A stretch of 47,929 bases of DNA from Gemmatimonadota bacterium (GCA_039586795.1 JBDHJS010000030.1:1-47929), one strand, 5' to 3'; counted from the first letter of the stretch, positions 17,816-27,849 are shown. Notes: generated by a model not told the origin, from the letters alone. A program made the numbers and translations.

Positions 17816-18564
17816 GCGGCGTGTCCCAGTAGGATATAGCGTGGGCAATCCGGGCAAGGGGGACCGCCCGAGTAGTCTCCGAACGTGTGAGCGGGCTTCA
17901 GTCCCACGCGCCGCAGCATGTCCACCAATTCGTCGGGCTCGTACAGGCGCACCCGCTCATGATAGGCGCTCTCGAGCTTCTCGCCATCTGCCGAGAGAAT
18001 GTCGATCTCTTTTACGACGACCTTTCCATCTTCCTCCAGCCGTCGGTTTTGGACGACCAGCCTTTCGCCCAGGCGTCGCTCGTCTCGTTCGACGAGCCCC
18101 TCTCGAACACGTTGCGCGTTGAGGAAGTCCAGAGCAAAGCCGCCTCCGAGGCTGAGCACCCGCCTGATCTCTTGAAGTACCTGTTGATCTTCCTCGGGAT
18201 CTGCAAAGTAGCCGAACGATGTGAAGAAGTTGGCGACCAACTCGAAGCTTCCGTCGGCGAAGGGCAAGTGACGCATGTCGCCCCGAACCAACAGCAGTTC
18301 CGGGTCGGCCTTGTGCGCTTCCTTCAACAAAACGTCGGACAGGTCCAGTCCCACGGCGTTCAGCCCGCGTCGCTTGAGGTCCGTCATGTGGCGTCCGGCG
18401 CCACAAGCCAGATCGAGGATCAAACCGTCCGGGCGTCCGCAGATGCGAAGCACAAGCTCGATGCCGGCCTCCGCCTCTTCCTGGTCACGGTGTGGATAAA
18501 GCGCCAGGTACTCCTCGCCGAACCACTCGCGATACCATTCGGGTGGGCGTTCTTTGTCGCTCAT
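17812..18564 (-). CDS. Class I SAM-dependent methyltransferase
   Basis: ILDLACGAGRH, GLDLS, GDMRHLPF, FFTSFGYF, ERVRLY. Confidence 0.92.
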   Translation of the reverse strand: MSDKERPPEWYREWFGEEYLALYPHRDQEEAEAGIELVLRICGRPDGLILDLACGAGRHMTDLKRRGLNAVGLDLSDVLLKEAHKADPELLLVRGDMRHLPFADGSFELVANFFTSFGYFADPEEDQQVLQEIRRVLSLGGGFALDFLNAQRVREGLVERDERRLGERLVVQNRRLEEDGKVVVKEIDILSADGEKLESAYHERVRLYEPDELVDMLRRVGLKPAHTFGDYSGGPPCPDCPRYILLGHAA

Positions 18565-19037
18565 CCCGCTTTGTGGTAGGGTTCGCCGCGTAGGATCGTC
18601 CCGGCACGGTACAACTGCTCGGCCAGGACGAGCCGCGCCATCTCGTGCGGCAACGTGAACGAAGATAGAGACAGAACGTGATGCGATCGCTTCCTGAGCG
18701 AATCGGTGAGCCCCAAGGTCCCGCCGATCAGGAAAGCGACGTCGCGCCTACCGCTGACCGAAAGGCTTTCCAGGTAGCGGGCCAATTCCTCCGATGACCA
18801 GGTGGCCCCGCGCTCATCCACCGCCACGATCTCACTGCCTTCCGGTACCCTTGCCAGCAATGCCTCCGACTCTTTCGTGACGATCGTGTTGCGATCGCTG
18901 CCAGGCTTGATGCGTTGTGGTCGTAAGATCATGGAGTCGAACTTGAAATAGTGAGGGATGCGCGACTCGTAGTCTTCAATCGCCGCGGCCAATCCGGCCG
19001 CTTTGGGCGCGCCTACCGAGATCACAACGATTCTCAC
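18561..19037 (-). CDS. rlmH: 23S rRNA m3Psi1915 methyltransferase RlmH
   Basis: FLIGGTLG, LSLSSFTLPHEMARLVLAEQLYRA, PYHK. Confidence 0.96.
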   Translation of the reverse strand: MRIVVISVGAPKAAGLAAAIEDYESRIPHYFKFDSMILRPQRIKPGSDRNTIVTKESEALLARVPEGSEIVAVDERGATWSSEELARYLESLSVSGRRDVAFLIGGTLGLTDSLRKRSHHVLSLSSFTLPHEMARLVLAEQLYRAGTILRGEPYHKAG

Positions 19038-19052
19038 GAGCCGGATCAGCCT

Positions 19053-20648
19053 CTAGTTCGTTGGCACGACGAAGCTGTCGCGCAAATAGGCCTCGTTGTT
19101 CTTGTGAGGAATCTCGGCCAGGTAGTGGAGCCCGCGGCTCTCTCGACGCCATAGCGCGCACCGCACGATCAAGCTGCCGATCTCGAGCAGGTTGAGTGCC
19201 TCGACGGCCTCGACCCAGCGATGCCCGTTTCCAGTCGCCGATCCACTCTCCAGCATGGAGTCCCATTCGCCCTTCAGTCTGTGCAGCTGTTCGGCCCCGG
19301 ATACCATCTCCGTGCCCGTCCTCACGATACCCAGGCGATCCCACATCAAGTCCTTCAGGTGGGTGCGTAGCTCGCGAAGCTCGTTACCTGGGAATCCCGA
19401 CAGATCGGGCGGTGGCGGCGACCCGCTCGCCTGTGGCTGCTCGATGTCTGGTAGCAGCTGAAGCATTCTCCGGGCCGCTCGCTCCGCGAAAACGACGGCC
19501 TCGAGAAGCGAGTTTGAGGCCAGGCGATTGGCGCCATGCACCCCGGTGCATGCGCACTCACCAGCAGCAAATAGCCCGGGCAGCGTCGTATGTCCGTCGC
19601 GGTCGGTCCAGATTCCGCCACACATGTAGTGCGCTGCAGGGACGACCGGAATCGCATCGCTGCCGGGATCCACGCCCCGGGAGCGGCACTCCTCGACGAT
19701 GCTCGGGAAACGTTCTTCCAGTTCGATTGTGCCGATCTGAGTCGCGTCGAGCCAGACATGCGCGGCACCACTCTTCTTCAGTTCGCTGTGCACCGCCCGC
19801 GCCACGATATCGCGCGGTGCCAGATCGGCTCTATGGTCATAGGCCTTCATGAACGGCTCGCCCTCGGCGTTGCGCAGCACGGCCCCTTCGCCGCGCACGG
19901 CCTCCGAGATGAGAAACGCGTGCTCTTCGGCGGGATATAGCGCCGTCGGGTGGAACTGGATGAACTCCATGTTCGCTACCGTGGCCCCGGCGCGGTAAGC
20001 CATGGCAACGCCGTCACCGGTCGCGATAGCCGGGTTCGTCGTGTGGCGATAGGCGGCGGCGCTGCCACCTGCGGCGAGCAGAGTCGCGCGCGCCCGGACC
20101 TCAACAAGCTCCGCCGATTCAACATCTAGAACCCACGCCCCTACGCACCCGCGTCGCCCGGAACCGCATTCCACGCTGAGCGACAGTGCCATGTGATCTT
20201 CCAACATTCGTATGCGCGGGTGCTCCGCGACCGCCGCGTCCAGTGCGTGTTCTATTGCCCAGCCCGTGTGGTCGCGGCTGTGCACGATGCGATTGTGCGA
20301 GTGGCCGCCTTCCCGACCCAGGGCCAGCCCCCCGCCCCGGTGCGTGAATTCGACCCCCCAATCCATCAGGTCGGCCACGGCTTGCGGACCGCTCTCAACC
20401 AGGATGGCGACACGATCTGCATGGCAAAGGCCCGCTCCCGCACGCAGCGTGTCGACCAGGTGATCATCGAAGGAGTCTTCTTGGTCGGTGACGGCGGCGA
20501 TCCCACCCTGTGCATAGTTCGTGTTCGACTCGAAGCTCTCCTTCTTGGTAACGAGCACGACGTCGTACGACTCGGCCACTCGCAGGGCGAAGCTGAGTCC
20601 TCCGATTCCGGTGCCGATGACCAGTATGTCCGTGTCGATCGTCTTCAT
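19053..20648 (-). CDS. nadB: L-aspartate oxidase
   Basis: GTGIGGL, YAQGGIA, EGGHSHNRIVH, EFIQFHPT, LISEAVRGEG, HGANRLASNSLLE. ATG at 20648 overlaps the lpxK stop. Confidence 0.96.
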   Translation of the reverse strand: MKTIDTDILVIGTGIGGLSFALRVAESYDVVLVTKKESFESNTNYAQGGIAAVTDQEDSFDDHLVDTLRAGAGLCHADRVAILVESGPQAVADLMDWGVEFTHRGGGLALGREGGHSHNRIVHSRDHTGWAIEHALDAAVAEHPRIRMLEDHMALSLSVECGSGRRGCVGAWVLDVESAELVEVRARATLLAAGGSAAAYRHTTNPAIATGDGVAMAYRAGATVANMEFIQFHPTALYPAEEHAFLISEAVRGEGAVLRNAEGEPFMKAYDHRADLAPRDIVARAVHSELKKSGAAHVWLDATQIGTIELEERFPSIVEECRSRGVDPGSDAIPVVPAAHYMCGGIWTDRDGHTTLPGLFAAGECACTGVHGANRLASNSLLEAVVFAERAARRMLQLLPDIEQPQASGSPPPPDLSGFPGNELRELRTHLKDLMWDRLGIVRTGTEMVSGAEQLHRLKGEWDSMLESGSATGNGHRWVEAVEALNLLEIGSLIVRCALWRRESRGLHYLAEIPHKNNEAYLRDSFVVPTN

Positions 20649-21691
20649 TCCGAACCGTCCGCGCGCTGGCGGGCCTGCAAACGCTCGATGATCCCCTCGA
20701 CCTCCGCCTGACCCGCCTCCCAGGAGACGTGCTGAACGGGAACGTATAACTCTACATCGGGCGCCACTATAGGTCTCAGCTTCACAGCGTCCTTGAGTGT
20801 GGTTACCAGCGGCCCCGATCGCCCAGCCACGTTCAGCTGCTTCGCGTCCGCGGCGGTGTATCTGTGGTGGTCTGGAAAGGCCTTGCTGTGCTCCAATCTG
20901 ACGCCTGCCGCTTCCAGTTGACTCCAGACTATCTGCGGCTTCGCCACGCCAGCGACCGCCATGGCGCAACGGAAGTTCTTCATCGGTACTTCTTCTGCCA
21001 GGCTCGATGTCGTTGCGTCGAAGCGCGCCAGCGCCTTCAACTCGAGGTGCGCTCGCGCTACCGGCAGGTTGCCGGTCACCTCGACGATCCGCTGCGCTAC
21101 GTGCTCACCCTCTGCTTCCGGCGCGAACTTTCGCGTGACGACAGCGAGGCTTGCTCGGCGCAACGCAGTCAACGACTCGCGCCAGGGGCCACGCGGCAAC
21201 AGTCGCGGCCGTTCCACGCCGTCTTCGGCGGCAATCAGAACGATGTTCTCATCCGCCCGGATCGCCCGGTGCTGAAAACCATCGTCTAACACGACGCAAT
21301 CGGATCCGGCGTCGGCGGCCATCTGGACACCGGCAACTCGATCGGGCGACGGATAGACCGGAACCTGCGGGTTCAAGACCCGATGCACGAGGACTTCGTC
21401 GCCGCCGTAGCCCCGCATGACGACTGCGGGCTGCCATCCCCGACGTAGAAGCTCGGAGGCAAACCACGCCGTTATCGGCGTCTTCCCGGTGCCTCCCACC
21501 GTCAGATTTCCGACACACAGGGTTGGCAGCGCTGGCGCCGCGGACGGGATAAGTCCTTTGTCGTACGCCCAACTGCGCACTCCGACCGCACCGCGGTACC
21601 CCCATTCACCCAGGGTCAACAACGCGGCCAGGCCCCGGTAACCTGAGCCGCTGTCTTCGTCGTCCCAGACCCTTCTGTGCCACTCGTTCAT
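20645..21691 (-). CDS. lpxK: Tetraacyldisaccharide 4'-kinase
   Basis: VGNLTVGGTGKTP, RGYG, LDDGFQH, LLPRGPWRE, FPDHH, TTLKDAVK. Confidence 0.96.
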   Translation of the reverse strand: MNEWHRRVWDDEDSGSGYRGLAALLTLGEWGYRGAVGVRSWAYDKGLIPSAAPALPTLCVGNLTVGGTGKTPITAWFASELLRRGWQPAVVMRGYGGDEVLVHRVLNPQVPVYPSPDRVAGVQMAADAGSDCVVLDDGFQHRAIRADENIVLIAAEDGVERPRLLPRGPWRESLTALRRASLAVVTRKFAPEAEGEHVAQRIVEVTGNLPVARAHLELKALARFDATTSSLAEEVPMKNFRCAMAVAGVAKPQIVWSQLEAAGVRLEHSKAFPDHHRYTAADAKQLNVAGRSGPLVTTLKDAVKLRPIVAPDVELYVPVQHVSWEAGQAEVEGIIERLQARQRADGSE

Positions 21692-22335
21692 TCGGGTGGA
21701 TCCACTCGTGCTTTCAGATCCTGAAGTTGCCTCTCGATCTCCAACGCCCGATCCTCCAGCGTGCGTAGCGAAACATCGCGGGGGACAAAACTCGCGTCGC
21801 CAACGACGACGCGAATCGTAGCGAATGGCTTCGGGATCATGAACCGATCCCATCCCTCCACCCACCAGGCTCGATCGCCGCCCGCCATCACCGGTATCAC
21901 GGGGGCGCCCGTCATTCGCGCTACCTGTAGTGCGCCGGGTTTGATCTTCTCTTTCGGACCCTGGGGTCCGTCAGGCGTGATCGCCAACGACTGACCACCC
22001 CGGACCTTTCGCGCAAGCTCACGAATCGCGCCGTAGCCGCCTCTCGTACTGGAGCCACGCACCGCATCGTAGCCGAGGCCAGCGCCCAGGCGCGTCAGGT
22101 ACTCTCCATCTCGGTGCTGGCTGACCAGCATGACGATATCGTGGCCCCGAAACAGCTGCAGCAGCGGGAGTATGCGGCCGTGCCAAGTCACGAAGACGAC
22201 CGCTTCTCCCGCCTCCCAGCGCTCCAGGTTCGACTGGCCTGACCACTCGAACTTCAGCGTCGAATACAGCGTGCGGAAGATCGGTGGCGCGATCAGGCCG
22301 GCCATACCTATACCGAACCGGTCTCGCGCCCTCAC
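21688..22335 (-). CDS. lpxJ: DUF374 lysophospholipid acyltransferase family protein (LpxJ-like late lipid A acyltransferase)
   Basis: WHGR, SQHRDGE, RGSSTRGG, TPDGPQGP, WDRFMIPKPF; located between lpxB and lpxK. Confidence 0.75.
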   Translation of the reverse strand: MRARDRFGIGMAGLIAPPIFRTLYSTLKFEWSGQSNLERWEAGEAVVFVTWHGRILPLLQLFRGHDIVMLVSQHRDGEYLTRLGAGLGYDAVRGSSTRGGYGAIRELARKVRGGQSLAITPDGPQGPKEKIKPGALQVARMTGAPVIPVMAGGDRAWWVEGWDRFMIPKPFATIRVVVGDASFVPRDVSLRTLEDRALEIERQLQDLKARVDPPE

Positions 22336-23456
22336 CGCTTCCCCTCCAGCAGCTCAGCAGCCATCTCCGCGACTCTCCGTGGCGCGCCGGGTTCGCCCAG
22401 GAGCTCGCGTACCGATCGTAAGCCGTCCACCATCGCAGCGCGCTCGGGTGATCCGGAGTCGAGCAACGGCATCAGCGCGTCGGCGATGGCCTGGTGCGGG
22501 AGATGCTGGACGAACTCGGGAACGAATTGACGCCCGACCAACAGATTCACCATCCCGACGTTTTCGACGCGAACCAGCCGCCGGGCTAGGAGATAGCTGA
22601 GCAGGTGTACACGATGTGCGATGACCAACGGGGTCTCAGTCAGCGCTGCCTGTACCGTAGTCGTGCCCGATTTGGTGAGAATGACCGTCGATGCTCTGAG
22701 CACCTGAAGCGAGTCGCGTACCATGGGGTAGTCCGATACTGCGTACTCGTTATCCGGCACGTGGGGGGCGTCCGAGACGAGAACCTGAACGTCGGGGCGG
22801 CGACGTACCACCTCATCGGCGACCTTCAGAAAGGGTCTCAGCAGGCGGCGGACTTCGTGTGGCCGGGAACCGGGCAGGACACCGAGAATGGGGCGTTCCG
22901 GGTCCGCCCCAACGGCCGAAATCGCCATTTCAGGCGGTTTCGGCGCGTCAAACTGGCCGACCAGCGGATGGCCGACAAAAACGGCCTCAACGCCGAATTC
23001 TCGCAGAAACGGCTCCTCCTGGGGGAATACCACCGCCACTCGGTCGGCGCATCGGGCCAGGACCTGTGCCCGCTGCTCACGCCAGGCCCACAGCTGCGGT
23101 GCGACGTAGTAAAGCACCGGGACGCCGGCGTCGTGCGCTGACTCAGTGAGACGAAGGTTGAAGCCAGGGTAATCGATCGGGATGACCAGATCGGGCGGAT
23201 CATCCCGAAGGCTGCGGCGGACGCGGTTGCGTAGCGAGATGAAGAACGGAAGTCGCGCCGCCACTTCGACGAAGCCCATGACGACGAGTCTCTCGAAGTC
23301 GACGATAGGCTCGACGCCGGCCTTGGCCATTCGTGGCCCGGCGAGTCCGAACAGACGGGCGTTGGGATAAATCCGGCGCAGCTCGAGGGCCAGCGCAGCT
23401 CCGTGCAGATCTCCCGAAGCCTCACCGGCCGAGAGGAAGATGCGGGGTTCAGACAC
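22332..23456 (-). CDS. lpxB: Lipid-A-disaccharide synthase
   Basis: AGEASGDLHG, IDYPGFN, YVAPQLWAWR, FVGHPL, LPGSR, SGT. Confidence 0.97.
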   Translation of the reverse strand: MSEPRIFLSAGEASGDLHGAALALELRRIYPNARLFGLAGPRMAKAGVEPIVDFERLVVMGFVEVAARLPFFISLRNRVRRSLRDDPPDLVIPIDYPGFNLRLTESAHDAGVPVLYYVAPQLWAWREQRAQVLARCADRVAVVFPQEEPFLREFGVEAVFVGHPLVGQFDAPKPPEMAISAVGADPERPILGVLPGSRPHEVRRLLRPFLKVADEVVRRRPDVQVLVSDAPHVPDNEYAVSDYPMVRDSLQVLRASTVILTKSGTTTVQAALTETPLVIAHRVHLLSYLLARRLVRVENVGMVNLLVGRQFVPEFVQHLPHQAIADALMPLLDSGSPERAAMVDGLRSVRELLGEPGAPRRVAEMAAELLEGKR

Positions 23457-23523
23457 GCCCGCTCAGATACCAGATCGCGATGATGACGACAGCGAGCAGG
23501 ATGATCAGAGTCCTGGTCTTCAT
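23449..23523 (-). CDS. Putative 24-aa single-pass membrane microprotein
   Basis: MKTRTLIILLAVVIIAIWYLSGRV* fills the gap between the oxidoreductase and lpxB and overlaps the lpxB GTG. The SD is weak. Confidence 0.55.
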   Translation of the reverse strand: MKTRTLIILLAVVIIAIWYLSGRV

Positions 23524-23557
23524 ACCGGAGCGCTCGCGCGCACCGTACTGCTTTCGC

Positions 23558-24541
23558 TCACGCCGGATTCGGATCAAAGACATGTTTCGTGTGCCTCTCG
23601 ATGCGTTCGACGATATCCAGAGCGACGGCGAGTGCCCGGCGCCCATCCGCGCCGCTCACCGCGACGGGCGCCTCATTGCGCACGGCTCGGGCAAAGGACT
23701 GCAGTTCCAGTCGCAGAGGCTCTCCGCCGTCCCCACGAAGCGGTACGTGTTCGACGATCTCGCTCAACTGCGTGATGTCGTTCATGTCTGGCTTGCCGTC
23801 AGCGCGGCGATAGAACTCGCCCGTGCCGCGTCCTAGATCGAGGCTGATATACCCGCTGGGCTGGAAGAAACGGATCTTTCGCTGCTTCTGGATTGATACG
23901 CGGCTGGCGGTGATGTTGGCAACGGCGCCGCCTTCGAACTCGAGGCGCGCGTTCGCGATATCGACGTTACCGCTGATCACGGACACACCGGCTGCGCGAG
24001 TATCCGCGACAGGCCTCTTCACCAGGCTGAGGATGAGATCGATGTCGTGGATCATCAGATCGAGGACAACGGCGACATCGGTGCCGCGTCGCCCGAAGGG
24101 CGCGAGGCGATGTGATTCCACGAACAAGGGGTTGTCGAGATGGGGCTCGCAGGCTCGCACCGCTCCGTTGAACCGCTCGATGTGTCCGACCTGAATGATC
24201 AGACCTTTGGCCGCGGCGCGTTCGATGAGATCATCGGCCTCGACCGTCGTCGTCGTGATTGGCTTTTCGATGAGTAGATGGCAGTTGTGCTCGATGGCGG
24301 CGCGGGCCACTTCGTGGTGGGCGCTAGTCGGTACCACAACACAGACGGCCTCAACTTCGGCCAGCAGGCCGTCGAGGTCCGCGAACGCCCGGGTACCATG
24401 CTCGGCTGCCACGGAGCGCGCCCGCTCTTGATCGACGTCATAGATGCCGACCAGATGGGCTTCAGCTATGTCCGCCAGCAGCCGTGCATGATGAAAGCCG
24501 AGGCTTCCTACCCCGAGTACACCTACCGCGACTGGATTCAC
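23558..24541 (-). CDS. Gfo/Idh/MocA oxidoreductase, GnnA-like (UDP-GlcNAc 3-dehydrogenase)
   Basis: GVGSLGFHHAR, IEKP, VGHIERFN, DVAVVLDLMIHDID, ANITASRVS; lies between lpxA and lpxB. Confidence 0.85.
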   Translation of the reverse strand: MNPVAVGVLGVGSLGFHHARLLADIAEAHLVGIYDVDQERARSVAAEHGTRAFADLDGLLAEVEAVCVVVPTSAHHEVARAAIEHNCHLLIEKPITTTTVEADDLIERAAAKGLIIQVGHIERFNGAVRACEPHLDNPLFVESHRLAPFGRRGTDVAVVLDLMIHDIDLILSLVKRPVADTRAAGVSVISGNVDIANARLEFEGGAVANITASRVSIQKQRKIRFFQPSGYISLDLGRGTGEFYRRADGKPDMNDITQLSEIVEHVPLRGDGGEPLRLELQSFARAVRNEAPVAVSGADGRRALAVALDIVERIERHTKHVFDPNPA

Positions 24542-24549
24542 CGATTCTT

Positions 24550-25365
24550 CTAGACCGAGACTCCGCGTTCGCTTGCCTCGATGAAGTCGATCAGGTGCTC
24601 GACTTCCGGTGTTACGTCTTCCAGCGCCCGCAGTTCAGCAACGGCCTGGCTGATATTCAGCTCGGACTTGAACAGGATACGGTAGGCTCGCTTCAATTCC
24701 AGGCGCGCCGACTTGCTGAATCCACGACGCTCCAGACCCACCGTGTTCAGTCCGTAGAGCTCCAGAGGATTGCCCGCCGCCCTCACGTACGGCGCCACGT
24801 CCTTGGGGACGCGCGAGGCGCCGCCGATGAAGGCATAGGCCCCGACGCGCACGAACTGGTGAAGCGCAACCAAACCGCCGATCGTCGCGCAATCATCGAT
24901 CATCACGTGGCCGCCCATCTGAACGGCGTTGGCGATGATCACCCGGTTCCCGATCACGCAGTCGTGTGCGATGTGCGCGTACGCCATCAGAAGACAACCG
25001 TTGCCCACGACGGTCTGACCCGCCGCGCGCGTACCGCGGTTGAGCGTCGCAAATTCCCTGATTGTCGTTCCGTCGCCCACGATGAGCCGCGTGTCCTCGC
25101 CCTCGTACTTCAAGTCCTGAGGAGCCGTGCCCAACACCGCGCCCTTGGAAACGACGCATTCCGCGCCCAGTTTCGTGTTCTTTTCGATGAAGGCATGAGG
25201 CCCGATCGTCGTGTTCTCGCCCACGCTGACGTTCGGCCCGATGATCGCGTATGGTCCGACCTCCACTCCGGCCCCGAGCTCGACGTCGGGGTCGACGATC
25301 GCCGTCGGATGAACCTGCGGCGCTGCCGGTGCCGGTGTATGATCTGTTGCTCTTTCCATCATCAT
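24550..25365 (-). CDS. lpxA: UDP-N-acetylglucosamine acyltransferase LpxA
   Basis: VHPTAIV hexapeptide repeats, PQDLKY, IREFATLNRGT, AHIAHDC, HQF, GLNTVGLERRG. Confidence 0.97.
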   Translation of the reverse strand: MMMERATDHTPAPAAPQVHPTAIVDPDVELGAGVEVGPYAIIGPNVSVGENTTIGPHAFIEKNTKLGAECVVSKGAVLGTAPQDLKYEGEDTRLIVGDGTTIREFATLNRGTRAAGQTVVGNGCLLMAYAHIAHDCVIGNRVIIANAVQMGGHVMIDDCATIGGLVALHQFVRVGAYAFIGGASRVPKDVAPYVRAAGNPLELYGLNTVGLERRGFSKSARLELKRAYRILFKSELNISQAVAELRALEDVTPEVEHLIDFIEASERGVSV

Positions 25366-26645
25366 CTGTCCACCACCTGTGCTGCCATCTCGGCCTCGGC
25401 CACCACCTTGCCATCCACACGCCCGACTCCCTTGATTCGACATACCGAGCGCCGTTGCTGCAGCATCTTGAGTTCAAAATGAATCTGGTCACCTGGTGTG
25501 ACCGGTCGCCGGAACTTCACTTTATCCAGCGACATGAAGTACACCACTTTGTCTTCGGGGTTATCGACTGTGTCCATCAGCAGCAGGCCCCCAACCTGCG
25601 CCATCGCCTCGATGATCAACACCCCGGGCATGATGGGCAGGCCCGGGAAATGACCCTCGAAGAACTGCTCGTTGATCGTCACGTTCTTGATCCCGACGAC
25701 CCGCTCGCCGCGCTCATACTCGATCAGGCGGTCGACGAGCAGAAACGGATAGCGGTGCGGCAAGATCTTGAAGATTTCCGTCACGTCTACGCGGCGGGCC
25801 GTCCGCTGGGTCAACGCCCGCCGTGCTATAGCCTGCGCCAGCGCGAGATTCCCTGCATGGCCCGGTCGCTCTGCTACGATCTGGCCCTTGATCCGTTCGC
25901 CTACCAGAGCAAGGTCGCCCAGCATATCGAGGATCTTGTGACGGACAAACTCGTTCTCGTAACGGAGTTCGACTCCTTCGTACAGCCCGTCGGCCGTTAG
26001 CACAACCGTATTATCGATGCTCGCCCCGAGGGCTAACCCGGCCGCCCGGAGCTTCTCCGCGTCTTCGTAGAACCCAAACGTCCTCGCGGAAGCTATGTCT
26101 TCGGCGAAACTTTCGTGATCGAGCTCGTAGGCCAGGTGTTGACGACCGATCAGCGGGTGATCGAACTCGATTAGCGTGGAAAACGCATAACGATCGCTGG
26201 GGAATACGGCGTAGCGCGATCCGGCGTCTTCCACAGCGAAGGGCTCGGTAACCTCATATACTCGCGCCTCTGCATCCTGCTGCTTGACGCCCGCGCTCAT
26301 CATCAGGTCGGCGAACACCTTGGAGCTCCCGTCGGTCGCCGGGGGCTCCTCGCCGTCGAGCTCGACGACCAGGTTGTCGATTCCCAGTCCGGCAACGGCT
26401 GCGAGCAGGTGCTCGACGGTGCGAATCCTCACGCCGTTCTTTTCCAGCACGGTTCCCCGCTCGACCTGTACGACCATGTCGACAAGAGCCGGAACTTCGG
26501 GTGCCCCTTCGAGGTCCGTTCGCCTGAACACGACTCCCTGGTCCGGGTCCGCCGGCTTCAACGCCATCTTCACTTCCACGTTCGAGTGAAGACCGGTGCC
26601 GGCCAGCCCCACACCTTTGGCAAGCGTCTTCTGCTTCAAGTTCAT
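25362..26645 (-). CDS. lpxC: Bifunctional LpxC/FabZ
   Basis: LpxC part: [24 protein letters not shown]. FabZ part: [28 protein letters not shown]. Confidence 0.97.
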   Translation of the reverse strand: MNLKQKTLAKGVGLAGTGLHSNVEVKMALKPADPDQGVVFRRTDLEGAPEVPALVDMVVQVERGTVLEKNGVRIRTVEHLLAAVAGLGIDNLVVELDGEEPPATDGSSKVFADLMMSAGVKQQDAEARVYEVTEPFAVEDAGSRYAVFPSDRYAFSTLIEFDHPLIGRQHLAYELDHESFAEDIASARTFGFYEDAEKLRAAGLALGASIDNTVVLTADGLYEGVELRYENEFVRHKILDMLGDLALVGERIKGQIVAERPGHAGNLALAQAIARRALTQRTARRVDVTEIFKILPHRYPFLLVDRLIEYERGERVVGIKNVTINEQFFEGHFPGLPIMPGVLIIEAMAQVGGLLLMDTVDNPEDKVVYFMSLDKVKFRRPVTPGDQIHFELKMLQQRRSVCRIKGVGRVDGKVVAEAEMAAQVVDR

Positions 26646-26674
26646 CTCCTCCGTACTACGCGCTCGATTCCCTA

Positions 26675-27727
26675 CTAGGAGTCGTCGGATTCTTCCTCTG
26701 ATCCCAACTGCTTCTCGATTCGCCTGACGCGGCGAATCAACTCAGGAAGCTTTAACACAGCCGCGTTGGCTCGCAACACTTGCGTGCGCGGCCGGGCCGG
26801 GTAGCCAAACCACGTTTCGCCAGCCGGGATGTCGTGACTGACACCGGCCTGCGCCGCTACGCGCGCGCCATCGCCGATCGTCAAGTGGCCAATGATCCCC
26901 ACTTGCCCGGCCAACGCGACTCCGTCTCCTATGTCCGTGCTGCCTGCCACACCAACCTGCGCGACGATGATACAACCGCGGCCAACGCTCACGTTGTGGG
27001 CAATGTGCACGAGGTTGTCGATCTTCGTGCCTGCTCCAATGCGCGTTTCGCCCACCGAGCCGCGATCGATGCACGTATTTGCACCGATCTCCACGTCATC
27101 CTCGATCACGCAGCGGCCGACCTGTGGGATCTTCCGGTGGCCGTTGTCGGCGAAGACGTAGCCAAAGCCGTCGACCCCGATACGCGCCCCGCTGTGTACT
27201 ATACAGCGTTCCCCGAGTACGGTATTCGCGTACAGGGTAACGTGACCTTTTAGCTCGCTACCGGCTCCGATCTCGCTGCGCTCGCCGACGATGCAGTGCG
27301 AAGCGATCCGCACACCGTCGCCCAACTTCGCCCCGGCCTCGATGACCGTGTGATGGCCAACACTGACGTTCATGCCGAGTTCGACCCCCGGTCCGAGGAT
27401 CGCCGTCGGCGCCACACCGGGCGCTGGCGCTACTTCTGGATAAAGGGCGCTGAGCGTCTCGGCCAAGGCCGCGTGGGCATCGTTGACCCAGAGCAGTGAG
27501 ACCCCCTCCGGGATCTCCTCCAGGTCACCCAAGTTACGACCGACGATGACGGCTGCGGCGCGAGTGGCCGGAAGATATTGGAGGTACTTGCGCCTTGCAA
27601 GAAAACTCACATCCTCTGGCCCGGCCGACTCAAGCGGCGACGCTCCAGATACCGTTCGATCGCCTGCCCCTACCAACTCCGCGTCCAGGCGACTCGCCAG
27701 TTCTCCCACCGTCAGGTTGTTCGACAT
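26675..27727 (-). CDS. lpxD: UDP-3-O-acylglucosamine N-acyltransferase LpxD
   Basis: GVDGFGY, KIPQVG, EIGANTCIDRG, KIDNLVHIAHNV. ATG at 27727 has an SD. Confidence 0.97.
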   Translation of the reverse strand: MSNNLTVGELASRLDAELVGAGDRTVSGASPLESAGPEDVSFLARRKYLQYLPATRAAAVIVGRNLGDLEEIPEGVSLLWVNDAHAALAETLSALYPEVAPAPGVAPTAILGPGVELGMNVSVGHHTVIEAGAKLGDGVRIASHCIVGERSEIGAGSELKGHVTLYANTVLGERCIVHSGARIGVDGFGYVFADNGHRKIPQVGRCVIEDDVEIGANTCIDRGSVGETRIGAGTKIDNLVHIAHNVSVGRGCIIVAQVGVAGSTDIGDGVALAGQVGIIGHLTIGDGARVAAQAGVSHDIPAGETWFGYPARPRTQVLRANAAVLKLPELIRRVRRIEKQLGSEEESDDS

Positions 27728-27778
27728 CTCCAGTCTTCCCTCCAGGCTGCACGATCCTAGATGTCGACTTACGCAAAG

Positions 27779-27811
27779 GCGCCCACGGTGCTTCTCACCT
27801 ACCGTGGGCGC
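27779..27811 (-). terminator. 11-bp hairpin between skp and lpxD (terminator or mRNA stabiliser)
   Basis: GCGCCCACGGT (27779-27789) pairs with ACCGTGGGCGC (27801-27811); followed by CTTT on the minus strand. Confidence 0.5.
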
Positions 27812-27849
27812 AGTGCCAGTCACCCACTCTCGTGTGAGTGAGCATTTCG

